From positions 1 through 64,000 of the forward strand of contig NIVC01002833.1 of NCBI GenBank assembly GCA_002269645.1: DNA of 64,000 nucleotides, given 5' to 3'. Under the pieces are notes generated by a model. The model was not told the origin of the DNA and ran no database searches. It was given only the letters and a program-made list of their open reading frames with translations. This document shows positions 1 to 18,990 of this stretch, piece after piece. The DNA comes from Macrostomum lignano. Lineage: Eukaryota. How positions within the stretch are numbered: the first letter of the stretch is position 1; the number at the start of each line of letters is the position of its first letter. The translations under genes were made by a program, and so were the position numbers.

Positions 1-3000
1 CTCTTTTATGTTTGACATCGCGCTTCTTTTATGTTTTAGCAGTTTCGTGTTTTAGGGTTTTAATAAAAAAAATCTTTTTGCACTACTGAGATTCGAACCA
101 GGTCGCTACATTAGCATTCCAGTCTGTTTGCAACTTGGCTATCTCTTTTCAATTGGAGAACATGAATTGTGGCCCTTATAATTCAATTCTTACAGAATGT
201 CGATTGGAGTAAAAAGTTATGACATAATCAATTTCTCTGTCAGCCAGTATCAGTCTCAATTTAAGTTAGCAATATGGTTACGCAATTTAAATCAAGTCGT
301 CGTGTGCATTTCTTCGACACTGTTTTCAACTTTTTGTGATGCAATTTTTTTCACAATCGGAATTCAGCCAGTCAGTTTTTTCTCTAGCATCTTACAATGC
401 ATTCAGGTCGAAAGAGCTGCTTGACCTTTGCAAAAAAGAATGTTTTTCGAATATTTAATCCCTTTAATATTGAGCAATTTCTTAGCCAAGATGCATGTAC
501 CGTCCCAGGAAAATTTCTGATCGAATGGTGCAAGTTTGAAGAAAATTGGTTGAGCCAATTTTTCTGAAATCAATCGCATACCCATATACATACAGACAAC
601 TCATTTTAGTATATAGGACTAGCAATCTTCGCCCCCCGTTGGGGGACATCTGGATAGAATCCTTGTTCTTTACAAATAACAAATAGACAGCGAAATAAAG
701 CTTTCATTAAAAACAACAGACATTCCTCTAAAAACAAAACATCCCAAGACAGCAAGCATCCTCAGACAGCATTCAAGCATCGATCCCTAAATAGCGAAAT
801 CCTCCAGACTGCAAGCATCCCCCAGATAGCAAGCATCCCTTGATAGCAAGCAACCAGCTAGCAAGCATCCCCCAGATAGCAAGCATCCCCAGACCCCAGA
901 TAGTAAGCATCCCCAGACCGCAAGCAACCCCAGATAGCAAGCATAACCTGGATACAAAGAGACCTTATAGATATCTAGCAACCCCCTCTTAGATAGCAAG
1001 TACCCTCCACCCCCCAAGAGCAAGCATCTCCCAATAGCAAGTTACCCCAGTAGCAAGCATCCTTCCGATAGCAAGCATCCCCTTTAAGCAAGTATCCATC
1101 CTTAAATAGCAAGCATTCACCAGAGAAAGTAGCTAGTGCAACAATTTCCTTAGATTTATAGTGGCTCCATTTTGTTTGGCATGACACTTCTTTTATGCTT
1201 GAAACGGTGTCTCTTTTTTGTTTAAAAAGGTGGCTCTTTAATGTTGACATAGTGGCTCTTCTATGTTTACCATGACGGCCCTTTTACGTTTGAAATGTTG
1301 TCTCTGTTATGTTTGACATGGTGGCTCTTCTATGTTTGACATGGAGTCACGTATATGTTTGACATGGTGGCTCTTTTATGTTTGGCATGGTGGCTCTTTT
1401 ATGTTTAACATGGTGGCTCTTTAATGTTCGACATGGTGGCTCTTTAATGTTTGACATTAGGTCACGTAAATGTTTGACATGATGGCCCTTTTATATTTTA
1501 CATGGTAGCTCTTTTATATTTTACATGGTGGCTCTTTTATGTTTGACATGGTGTCTCTTCTATGTTTGACATGGTGTCTCTTCTTTGTTTGACATGGTGG
1601 CTTAGTTGTTTGACATGGTGGCTCTTTTATGTTTGGCATGGTGGCTCTTTTATGTTTAACATGGTGGCTCTTCTATGTTTGACATGGTAGCTCTTTAATG
1701 TTTGACATGGTGGCTCTTAAATGTTCTCTATGGTGGCTCTTTTATGATTGACATGCAGTCACATATATGTTTGACATGATGGCGCTTTAATGTTTGACAT
1801 GGAGTCACGTATATGTTTAACATGGTCGCTCTTTTGTGTTTGACATGGTGGCTCTTTAATGTTCGACATGGTGGGTCTTTTATGTTTGGCATGGTGGCTC
1901 TTTTATGTTTGACATGGTGGCTCTTTAAAGTTCGACATGGTGGCTCTTTAATGTTCGACATGGTGGCTCCTTAAGGTTTGACATTAAGTCACGTATATGT
2001 GGCTGTTTTATGTTTGACATGATGGCTTTTGTATATTTGACATGGTAGCTCTTTTATGTCTGACATGGTAGCTCTTTTATGTTTGACATAGTGGCTCTTT
2101 AATGTTTGAGATGGAGTCACGTGTATGTTTCACATGGTGGCTCTTTTATGTTTGACATAAAGTCACGTGTTTTTTTGACATAGTGGCTCTTTTATGTTTG
2201 ACATGGTGGCTCTTTAATGTTCGACATGGTGGCTCTTTAATGTTTACATGGTGGCTCTTTAATGTTTGTCATGGTGGCTCTTTAATGTTTGTCATGGTGG
2301 CTCTTTAATGTTTGACATGGTGGCTCTTTAATGTTTGACATGGTGGCTCTTTTATGTTTGACATGGTGGCTGTTTAATATTCGACATACAAAAAACCTTC
2401 ACAAAGAAAACCGACAAACTGCTCAAATGAAGTGCAATGCAAAAAGAAATCATCCCAAGACAGCAAGCATCCCCCAGATAGCAAACATCCCCAGATAGCA
2501 AGCATTCCCCAAATAGCAAGCATTCCTCGGATAGCAAGCATCCCCCAAATAGCAAGCATCCCCCAAATAGCAAGCATCCCCAAATAGCAAGCATCCCCCA
2601 AATAGCAAGCATCCCCCAAATAGCAAGCATCCCCCAGATAGCAAGCAACCCCAGATAGCAAGCATCCCCCAGATAGCAAGTATCCCCAAATAGCAAGCAT
2701 CCACCAGACAAAAGTAGCTAGTGCGACAATTTCCTTAGCTTTATAGTGGCTCCTTAAAAATTGGCATGACTAAAAATTGGCATTGGCTGGCAATAGTTTT
2801 ACGTTTGAAATTGTGTATATTTTATGCTTGACATGGTGGCTCTCTTAGGTTTGACATGGTGGCTCTTTAATGTTTTACATGGTGGCTCTTTAATGTTCGA
2901 CATGGTGGCTCTTTAATGTTCGACATAGTGGCTCTTTAATGTTAGACATGGTGGCTCTTCTATGTTTGACATGGTGGCTCTTCTATTTTTGACATGGTGG

Positions 3001-4362
3001 CTCTTTAATGTTCGACATGGTGGTTCTTTAATGTTTGACATGGTGGTTCTTTAATGTTCGACATGGTGGCTCTTTAATGTTCTACATGGTGGCCCTTTAA
3101 TGTTCGACATGGTGGCTCTTTACTGTTAGACATGGTGGCTCTTTTAGGTTTGACATAATGGCTCTTTAATGTTTGACATGGTGGCTCTTTAATGTTCGAT
3201 ATGGTGGCTCTTTTATGTTAGACATGGTGGCTCTTTTAGGTTTGACATGATGGCACTTTTATGTTTTGACATGGCGGCTCTTTAATGTTTTACATGGTGG
3301 CTCTTTAATGTTTGACATGGTGGCTCCTTAATGTTCGACATGGTGGCTCTTTAATGTTCGATATGGTGGCTCTTTTATGTTAGACATGGTGGCTCTTTTA
3401 GGTTTGACATGATGGCACTTTTATGTTTTGACATGGCGGCTCTTTAATGTTTTACATGGTGGCTCTTTAATGTTTGACATGGTGGCTCCTTAATGTTCGA
3501 CATGGTGGCTCTTTTATGTTTGACATGATGGCACTTTTATGTTTTGACATGGCGGCTCTTTAATGTTTTACATGGTGGCTCTTTAATGTTTGACATGGTG
3601 GCTCCTTAATGTTCGACATGGTGGCTCTTTTATGTTTGACATGGTGGCTCTTAAATGTTTGACATGGTGGCTCTTTAATGTTCGACATGGTAGCTCTTTT
3701 ATGTTTCACATGGTAACTCTTTTATGTTCGATATGTTGGCTTTTCTATGTTTGACATTGCGCTTCTTTGATGTTTAGCAGTTTTGTTGTGTTTTTAAGGT
3801 GTTTTAATAAAAAAAATCTTTTTGCACTACTAAGATTCGAACCCAGGTCGCTACATTAGCATTCCAGTCTGTTCGCATCAGGGCTATCTCTTTTCAATTG
3901 GAGAACATGAATTGTGGCCCTTATAATTCAATTCTTACAGCAAGTCAATTGGAGTAAAAAGTTATGACATAATCAATTTCTCAGTCAGCCAGTATCAGTC
4001 TCAATTTAAGTTAGCAATATGGTTACGCAATTTAAATCAAGTCGTGTGTGCATTTCTTCGACACTGTTTTCAACTTGTTGTGATGCAATCTTTATCACAA
4101 TCGGAATTCAGTCAGTCAGTTTTTTCTCTAGCATTCTTACAATGCATTTCAGGTCGAAAGAGCTGCTTGACCTTTGCAAAAAAGCATGTTTTTCGAATAT
4201 TTAATCCCTTTAACATTGAGCAATTTCTTAGCCAAGATGCATGTACCGTCCCAGGAAAATTTCTGATCGAATGGTGCAAGTTTGAAGAAAATCGGTTGAG
4301 CCAATTTTTCTGAAATCAATCGCATACCCATATACATACAGACAACTCATTTTTAGTATATA
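1..4362. repeat. Nested composite repeat: ~620-bp direct repeats (1-620 and ~3740-4362) enclosing two copies of [18-bp array, linker, 23-bp array]
   Basis: 18-mer TAGCAAGCATCCCCCAGA at ~745-1110 and 2455-2705. Shared linker AAGTAGCTAGTGC..CAATTTCCTTAG at ~1127 and ~2712. 23-mer TTTAATGTTTGACATGGTGGCTC at ~1250-2375 and 2820-3760. Confidence 0.9.
82..146 (-). other. tRNA-derived remnant (second copy at about 3825-3890)
   Basis: The reverse complement has TAGCCAAGTTG (A-box-like) and GGTTCGAATC (B-box). No intact cloverleaf seen. Confidence 0.45.
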
Positions 4363-4389
4363 GGAAGAAGCCCCAAATGAATTTGCATG

Positions 4390-4450
4390 AACACGGAATC
4401 GAACCAGGGATCTCGGCGCGAGAGTCAGCTGACCCTATACTGGCACACCT
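4390..4450 (-). other. tRNA-derived (SINE head-like) fragment
   Basis: Reverse complement reads ...GACTCTCGCGCCGAGATCCCTGGTTCGATTCCG, with a T-arm/B-box. Confidence 0.4.
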
Positions 4451-4579
4451 GTTCAAAAATTCAGATTTTGCATTTCTACTCGTAACTTTCCTTCATCTCA
4501 TCCGTCTGTCGAAGTAGCAGCGTTGCCTCATAAATCTTTATTAACCCCCTCCTACGGTTAACTCGAGATTCGAAATCTT

Positions 4580-4800
4580 CATTTCCCTATCCCCGTAGCA
4601 ACTGAGCCCCAGGGCCTCGGTTGAGTTGCGTGCTGTTGGAATCCGTCTTTAACAGCAACTCCCGCCCGGCCACCTGTGACCCGGTCATTTTTCAAAACGT
4701 CAACGCTCCACACGCTTCGATCCCTTTCCCATTTCTCTGTTTCGAAAGCTTCTCTATTCGTTCTGCGCAATTATATACGAGCTTTCCACTTGCTGCTGGC
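4580..4800 (-). mobile_element. Possible degraded non-LTR retrotransposon endonuclease fragment
   Basis: AFETEKW...VLKNDRVTGGRAGVAVKDG resembles the APE-type TETWL...DR..GGGVA motif. Short and degenerate. Confidence 0.3.
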
Positions 4801-5934
4801 GAAAGCAAAACTGCAGTGCAGTTGGCTAAATTGCCTTTCGGTGGACTGTTTACACCCCACTTGTTTGGCTGATGCAGCACAGGGGGAGAGGCCAGAAGCA
4901 CAGCTGTGATAAAAGCAGGCTTTGAAAAACTGACCGAAAAAATGCAGGCCAAAGGGGACATGTGCCAGCGCCCCCCCCCTATTCTCCTCTTCTGGGACTT
5001 TCAAACTGTTTGGGTCGACTTTTTGGACAGGCCTTGGTAGCCTGGGGGGGGGGCGAAATCCCGGCTTATCGGGGTGGAAAGTTGGGAAAGCTGCAGTGAC
5101 GCTTGTCAATTGCTGTTGGAATGTTCGCAGGCTAATCCATGCGCTGACCTCGGTGAACTCTGGAGAGCTCCGAAAATTGCTGTCCTGCTTGTTCGAAGAG
5201 GAAAAAAGGGCTCAGACTTAAGGAAGTGCTTTTGTTTTAATCGATTATAGATTCAAGCCGTTCGAGCCATGGGAATCGATTTGCTTGGGAAAGCCAAAGC
5301 TTTTTATTATTCACGGCTGTACTTGAATAACTTGGAACTTGCACTTCGGAGTTTAGACAAGCAGATTAATCGAATCTCATCGTTTTGCCTGCAAAGCCTC
5401 AGTTTCTTGAGGCACATTTCTAATCAAATTAGCACAAATTCGTTTACAGATGTCCAAATTAGATTTTCTTTTCTTTTATTCCATTTGAATCTAGAATTTT
5501 CCGGGTTTGCTTCGTTACGTACGAGTAGAAAATTTTTAACAAAGAGTTTCAAACAGGACTTCTTTCTATCGAATCGCGTTTTCGATCTGTTTAGGGGTGT
5601 GGCGTAGAAAAAATGGTTCTATTTTTAGTTCAAATTCCACATGACCTTGCGAGGCACGTGCATCAATCGAATTGCAGATCACGTGATCTGTCTATGCTTG
5701 TACATTCGGTATAGTCAAGCCCAATGCTTTATTTTATTGGCTCTCAGTTGTACGCAAATGTTATTTTTAGACTGTGTCTTCCGTTCATACCCAGTAACCA
5801 GAGTAAATGTACACTCTGCACACCCCATCCCTAGAGCCGCTCTCTAATTGGCTGTGAGCTGAACGGGATCGCGCTATTTTTAGATCCAATTAGGACTCCC
5901 CCTTTGAAACCTTCCTCCCTGCTCCTCTTCTTAG

Positions 5935-12881
<6,947 letters not shown>

Positions 12882-13129
12882 CAGTGGCCGACGGGCGCAC
12901 TGTGGTTCATATCAAGTTCTGTACAAGGCCCCGTGTAAAAATCATGCTTGATGTTTAGTATGGCTCCGCCTGATGCTTGCTTACCTGCCCGTATCCCTTC
13001 AATTTGACTGATTTCCGTCTCTAACCAAATCATAAATAATATATTTCCGATTAAATCGAGTAGCGAGTTTGCTTTCTTTTTATATTGAAGACCCATTGAT
13101 ACGTGCGTCACAAGAGCAGCTCAATTAAC

Positions 13130-13575
13130 AGCTTCTAAAAGTACAGAAAAAGTTGAGGGAACGAGTACTAAGAGTACAAGAGTACTTTAAACTACTAAAA
13201 GTACAAAAGCAGCTCAGTGAACAGCTTCTAAAAGTACAACATCAGCTCAGTGAATAACTTCAGCTACTAAAAGTACAACAGCAGCTCAGTGAACAACTTT
13301 CAGCTACTAAAAGTACAAAAGCAGCTCAGTGAATAACTTCAGCTACTAAAAGTACAACAGCAGCTCAGTGAACAACTTTCAGCTACTAAAAGTACAACAG
13401 CAGCTCAGTGAATAACTTCAGCTACTAAAAGTACACAAGCAGCTCGTTGAACAACTTCAGCTACTAAAAGTACAAAAGCAGCTCAGTGAACAACTTCAGC
13501 TACTAAAAGTACAAAAGCAGCTCAGTGAATAACTTCAGCTACTAAAAGTACAAAAGCAGCTCGGAGAGGACTACA
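13130..13575. repeat. ~39-bp minisatellite
   Basis: CAGCTACTAAAAGTACAACAGCAGCTCAGTGAATAACTT units. Confidence 0.9.
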
Positions 13576-13733
13576 GCTAAAAGTATTTCTGATTAAAAGT
13601 TCTGATAAAAATTTGCCAATTAAATAAAAAGAGTTCGAGGTTAAAATAAGTCAATCAGATTTGCAAATTCTTCTTCGTCTCGAAGCTTGAGAGTCAACAC
13701 TTGATACGACCGATTTAAGCCTCATAGCAGTAC

Positions 13734-16700
13734 TCAGTCTGCAATGGAACAGGGCTGCAAGTTTTTGCAAAAGAAGACAGAAGAAGATGTTTAAAAAACG
13801 CAGCTCACGCTGGGGTCGGCCGGCTTGGCAGCAGCTGACCGCTCCGCGGCCCCTCTGGCAGCGGCGCCGGCTGTTCCCGACCGCTTCAGCACCGCGGCAG
13901 CCACTGCGAGACCCACAGCTGCCAGTGCCACCGCCAGCAAGCAGCAGAGCACGACACGGGTCAACGCGCTGACGTCAACAGATGGCGACGAGCCTATAAT
14001 TCTGATGCTGGCTGAAAAGTACAAAGCGCACTTCTTTTTAAGCCTCGATTCAGCGATTTGAGTAGGAGTCGGCTTATTCGCAAAGCAACTCACGACACAC
14101 GGCTCGAAGGGTCTTTGAGCTCTCTGCTGGTGGAAGCAGACCCTGGCTGATGAGACACGTGACAGTGACCTCGGAATGACGCTCCGCGAACCTGTGCAAC
14201 AGCCGAGATCGTTGAATCCAGCCTCCACTGCTGCCTATGAAATCTGGCTCTGGAATGAGCTGTGGAATGAGCACAGGCCACAGTTTGGCAGATCTCCGTA
14301 ATTAATCACTCGGCATCAACTCGGCATCTCATCGTGAGATTCCAGATGCTGACAGTCTCAGTTCTCAGGGAGCAGTGCAGCTCTGGCTTGGGGATTCCCT
14401 CATCAGTGTGCAGTGTTAGGTTCAAGTGCGAACCATTGAATTGTTGATCAAACCAGCGGATTGATCTGGAAGGGACTGCGGACAAATTAAGCAGGCATGT
14501 GCAGTTTAGTGCACAGATACTAGATACTGAATAACTAGATGGGCCACTCAGCACATTTGCGTGTAAGCTACTTTCAGTTCAGTAGTAAGTTAAACAGAAG
14601 CATTTTAATGTATTATTAAAGCCACGGCTTATTTATTGGCTCTAACCCTCCCCCCAGCTTAAACCCTCCAACCGCGCCTTTCCACACTACCCCCTCCCCG
14701 CCCTAATTTTTATTGCCCTTCTCGGAATTCCAAAAGCTGCCATGTACATTTCAGTGGACTTGTGTACATTATTGCTGAACCAATTAGCAAGCTGTTTGCG
14801 CCTGTAAGCATTGGGCTTCTAAACCTATCAAAGTCATTTTAGCTGCCTTTTTTATAAAATAGCTTATGTATTCTTCGTTGCTACTGAACTGAAAGTAGAA
14901 AGCTGTTTTACTAAGCATATCCAGTTATCTTAGTATCACGAACTCACGAACACTGCTGATGGCCTCCCAGTTACTGATTTGGAGTAGTTGAGCAGTCTCT
15001 CGTTGAGTGCCATCCTGACAGGCCCGTCGGCAATGCAGAGTCGCCAAGTGGACTTGCCAAGTCACTGTGAAAGCCTTCAAAACCAAGGTGTCGTCTGTTG
15101 TGTTGCTCTGGAAACACATTCAAAGAATGAGTCTAGCCCAAAAATACATTAAAATGCTTCTATTCAACTTTCTACTGAACTGCAAGTAGTCAAAGATTTT
15201 AAGTTTGCGCTTACCCTGCCAAGTCCAATACTGAAACCGTTGCACATGATTAATCTGCAGTTTGATGCAGAGGCAGGCGAACTGCTGCAGATTCTCGGTA
15301 GCCAAGCCCTGATCAGCAGATTGTCATTCAGCTTCAGATGGAACAAGGCGTTGATTGAGCAGCCGTTGCTCTGCAGCTTGCAGAAGTGGACTGAAAAAAA
15401 GCAGAGCAAGAGCTGTCTGCTAAAGGTGATTCTAATCTGGCAAATTTTCCATCAGAAACTCTCTCACCTTCTTCAATTCCCAGCAGCCGGAAGGTCACGA
15501 ACTTGTCAGTTTGATTGGCCACAAACTTTCTTAGTAGCAGAAATTGAGGAAGCTGGAATGAAGTGTTGAGACGCTGCGGATTCTGAAACTGATGGAGCCT
15601 AACTAGGGGTGTTCGGGGTTCGGGGTCGGGTCGGGTTTCGGGTCGGGTTTCGGGTCGGGTTTTTGTACCGGGTTCGGGGTTCGGGGTAGGGTGTTCGGGT
15701 CGGGTATCGGGTCGGGTTTAGGGTCGGGTTTTCGGGGTTTTCGGGTTCAAAGGAAAAATAAACTTTTTAAAAATAAATTTCTCCTAGCCGTTATGTAACG
15801 CTTTTAAGCATAAAAAGGCAAATATTTAAACTTCGAAAATAATGCTTGAATTGTGGTTTTCAATTACAAATTTAAGGTTTTAACGGATGAAATCTATGAA
15901 TCTATGGATTCTGGCTGGCCGCTGGACTATGCTTGTGGATTTCAAAAATCCCTTTATTTTTAATTGCATACATTTTTATTAAACACATGAATCAAAGATT
16001 TAAGGTTGTTCAACCTTTATTTTCCAATTCCTCATTAAGCTACCCTCGAATGTTGCGCTAACAATGACAACTGAAACCCAAGTTGGTAAACATTTGGATA
16101 AGTGGATGTTAAAGTCAATGCTAAGATCTTAAGTATGAGGAGTCAAATTATAGAGAGGAGAGGAGTGAGGACTTGAGATTGCCAGCTGATGACTAGAAAT
16201 AGGAGTTAAGGAGCCAGGACTGCAAATGAGAACGAGACACAGACTGCTAGAGGTACCTCAGGACGAGCAACTCCCTTCAGTCGTCACTCTTGGAAAAAAT
16301 ATCATCACGGAAAGCCTGAGATGAAGGGTTCTCCTTTCAGGGAAAGTTCGGGTTTCGGTCCGGGTCAGTGTTTCGGGTTCGGGGTTTACCCCGGGATTTA
16401 AAAATGGAAACCCGAACACCCCAAAGCCTAACCAAATATGAAAAGTGGCGAACCTCGGGATCGGTCCAGTCTGGGCAGGCCACTCTGTAGGTTAAATCTG
16501 AATTTCTCGAATTTTTCGTGAAGCCGCACAGGTGAAATCCAGTCAGATTAGGATTAAAACTCGCTGTGCAGTCATGCGGATGCTCAACCAGACCTGCTGG
16601 CATGTGGTGGCTGAGCAGCACTTCAATGCTCAGTGCTCTGGCTCTCTCGGATGCAAAATTTGCTGGAAAATATCAAACAATGGCACTGTTGCAGTGTTGC

Positions 16701-17844
16701 ATCAGTTTTAGTGAGGTTTTTTATAGAAGTCTTTGGAGTTTTATAGAGTCAACGTCGGCCTCAAAAATGAAAGGTCGGGGGTTCGATTCTCTATCCAACT
16801 CAGAACAATTTGTGGCTTTGACGCATGATGCAAGACGCATAACTTCTGCATTTGCTTCAGTTCACCCAGCTGTAAAATGGGTGCCAGCATTAGCTGGGGT
16901 AATTGAGGGTGAGTGTGGCGACCCCCTAGTCATTGGACTGAACAGCCGTACGCAGCCTTCAGATGCGCCGCGCAATAGCTGCGGCTGAGCTGTCGGTTGC
17001 ACATCTGCAGATGCTACTCACGGTTCTTCCTGCCATAGACAACGACGGAGCGCACTCGAACTCTCTGCTTCAACTTCAGCAGCAGCCATTGGTAGCCAAA
17101 TGAGTCCGGAGTCCCGCTCGTGTGGAAATACTCCCAACGATCTGATCTGACAGACGAATGGCGGAAGCAGCTGGCTCCGGGCTGATGGGACATGTAATAG
17201 GAAGATTGCCAGGCTTGCAGAAAATCGTTTGACGAGACGTTGAAGCAAAAGCCTGTTGATTTGTTAAAACATTTTTGTAGCTTAACGGATTTAGTCTTGT
17301 CAAATGTTTTCAAATAGGGCACCGGCTACGCCAGCACCAGGGGCGCCAGCACCAGGGGCGCCAAAGCTACTGCAAGGAGTTGCCAAAGGTACTGCAAGGA
17401 GGTGCCAAAGGTACTGCATGGAGGCGCCAAAGCTACTGCATGGAGGTGCCAAAGCTACTGCAAGGAGTTGCCAAAGGTACTGCAAGGAGGTGCCAAAGGT
17501 ACTGCATGGAGGCGCCAAAGCTACTGCATGGAGGTGCCAAAGCTACTGCATGGAGGCGCCAAAGCTACTGCATGGAGGTGCCAAAGCTACTGCATGGAGG
17601 TGCCAAAGCTACTGCATGGAGGCGCCAAAGCTACTGCATGGAGGCGCCAAAGCTACTGCATGGAGGCGCCAAAGCTACTGCATGGAGGCGCCAAAGCTAC
17701 TGCATGGAGGCGCCAAAGCTACTGCATGGAGGCGCCAAAGCAAAGTCAAGAGCAGAGCAGAAAAAAAGCAGAAAAAAGCAAAGTCTCACAGCCGCAGTTG
17801 GTGCAGCAGAAGCACAGAAGCAGCAGTTTCAGATGAAGAGCCAT
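13734..17844 (-). CDS. Type I membrane protein: signal peptide, F-type-lectin (FTP)-like domain, 2-3 Ig-like domains, TM; exon 3 interrupted by a hAT element
   Basis: Exons 17844-17790 (MALHLKLLLLCFCCTNCG), 17213-17022 (WQSSYY...YFHTSGTPDSFGYQWLLLKLKQRVRVRSVVVYGRKN), 16662-16433 plus 15603-15468, 15390-15215, 15107-14948, 14526-14354 (LNCTC..SIRWF..LHC), 14259-14094 (VTVTCLISQ), 14011-13809 (TM VVLCCLLAVALAAVGLAVAAAVL) and 13754-13734. Without the insertion this is 1512 nt (503 aa), phase-consistent with no internal stop. Domain calls are by motif resemblance only. Confidence 0.7.
15604..16424. mobile_element. Non-autonomous hAT-family DNA transposon (MITE-like), 821 bp
   Basis: 14-bp terminal inverted repeats TAGGGGTGTTCGGG / CCCGAACACCCCAA (1 mismatch). 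Perfect 8-bp target-site duplication AGCCTAAC at 15596-15603 and 16425-16432. Subterminal TCGGG/CGGGT repeats. A possible decayed dimerisation-domain remnant (TYPNVYQL...SATFEGS) lies on the minus strand near 16040-16110. Confidence 0.9.
16745..17005 (+). mobile_element. tRNA-derived SINE, probably 5'-truncated, in intron 2 of the lectin-Ig gene
   Basis: B-box GGTTCGATTC near 16780, followed by CAGTTCACCCAGCTGTAAAATGGGT, which resembles conserved SINE central domains (CORE/Nin-type). No TSD found. Confidence 0.55.
17325..17740. repeat. 22-bp minisatellite (intron 1 of the lectin-Ig gene)
   Basis: Unit GGCGCCAAAGCTACTGCATGGA. Confidence 0.93.
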
Positions 17845-18284
17845 TACAGATGTCAACAGTCGTTAGTTGAAGAGCTTAACTACGATCGTATTTAAGTGTG
17901 CTGGCAGCGGTTCACCCTGTGCAGCACTAACCGCTGCCAAAAATTGAGGTATTAAGAGCTATAAGCAGTCTTCTATTTAGCAAATAGTCAACCAAATTAA
18001 CTTCAATGTAAACAAGTTACCAGATTTGTCAACTATTAAAATTTCACACGACCCAGTTGCATGCTTTGGAATTCGACAAACAAAGCGAAGAGTAAATCGG
18101 TCAGCAAAATTTAGCACTGATCGATGTTTGATTTATCCGATGTGGCTCACTCAGCGTTTAACGGTTTTTAAATTTCTTAGAGTCTACACTACTGAAAGTA
18201 GGCAGATTAGAAAGCCGTAATAGCTTAATGCTTTGGGATCGCCAGAATGGGGCTAAAAGCTGAGCGGGCTGTAGCAGCAATCAC

Positions 18285-18665
18285 TGAAGTACCCGATGAA
18301 GGCTGTAGCAATACCCACTGAAGTACCCGATTAGGGCTGTAGCAATACCCACTGAAGTATCCGATGAAGGCTGTAGCAATACCTACTGAAGTACCCGATG
18401 AAGGCTGTAGCAATATACCTACTGAAGTACTCGATGGAGGCTGTAGCAATACCTACTGAAGTACCCGATGAAGGCTGTAGCAATACCTACTGAAGTACTC
18501 GATGGAGGCTGTAGCAATACCTACTGAAGTACCCGATGAAGGCTGTAGCAATACCTACTGAAGTACTCGATGGAGGCTGTAGCAATACCTACTGAAGTAC
18601 CCGATGAATGCTGTAGCAATACCTACTGTAGTACCCGATGAAGGCTGTAGCAATACCTACTGTAC
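18285..18665. repeat. 34-bp minisatellite
   Basis: Unit GAAGTACCCGATGAAGGCTGTAGCAATACCTACT. Confidence 0.92.
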
Positions 18666-18990
18666 CCTGTAGCAATATCCACGAAGTATCTATGGTGGTG
18701 ACCAAGGGGTAATTAGATCCAGAATTTGAAGCAACTCAAGTCAATCGTAAAAACACCTGTTTTGAATTATTTAGGATTAAATATGACGCTTTTATATAAA
18801 AAGTGAAATAGAAAGTCATATATATTTACTTTTATAAACATTTGTATCTCAAAGCAGTGCCAACCGACAGCAGAGTTATGGAAGCTATTAATGACAGTTG
18901 CTATAGGCTAAATAGTCCTTTGCATTTGAACTTGTGTAGACGGTTTTAAAATGACGCTGAAACATGAAGAAGTTCCTTCGTAGCACCTGT

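Noticed and set aside
82-146. Functional tRNA genes (also 3825, 4390, 35983)
   Set aside because: A/B boxes are present but no complete acceptor stem or cloverleaf; treated as SINE heads or remnants.
15120-15305. PAN/apple-like peptide (TENLQQFACLC..FQY) in an alternative frame
   Set aside because: This frame has an upstream in-frame TGA and breaks phase with the flanking exons, whereas the other frame is open and phase-consistent.
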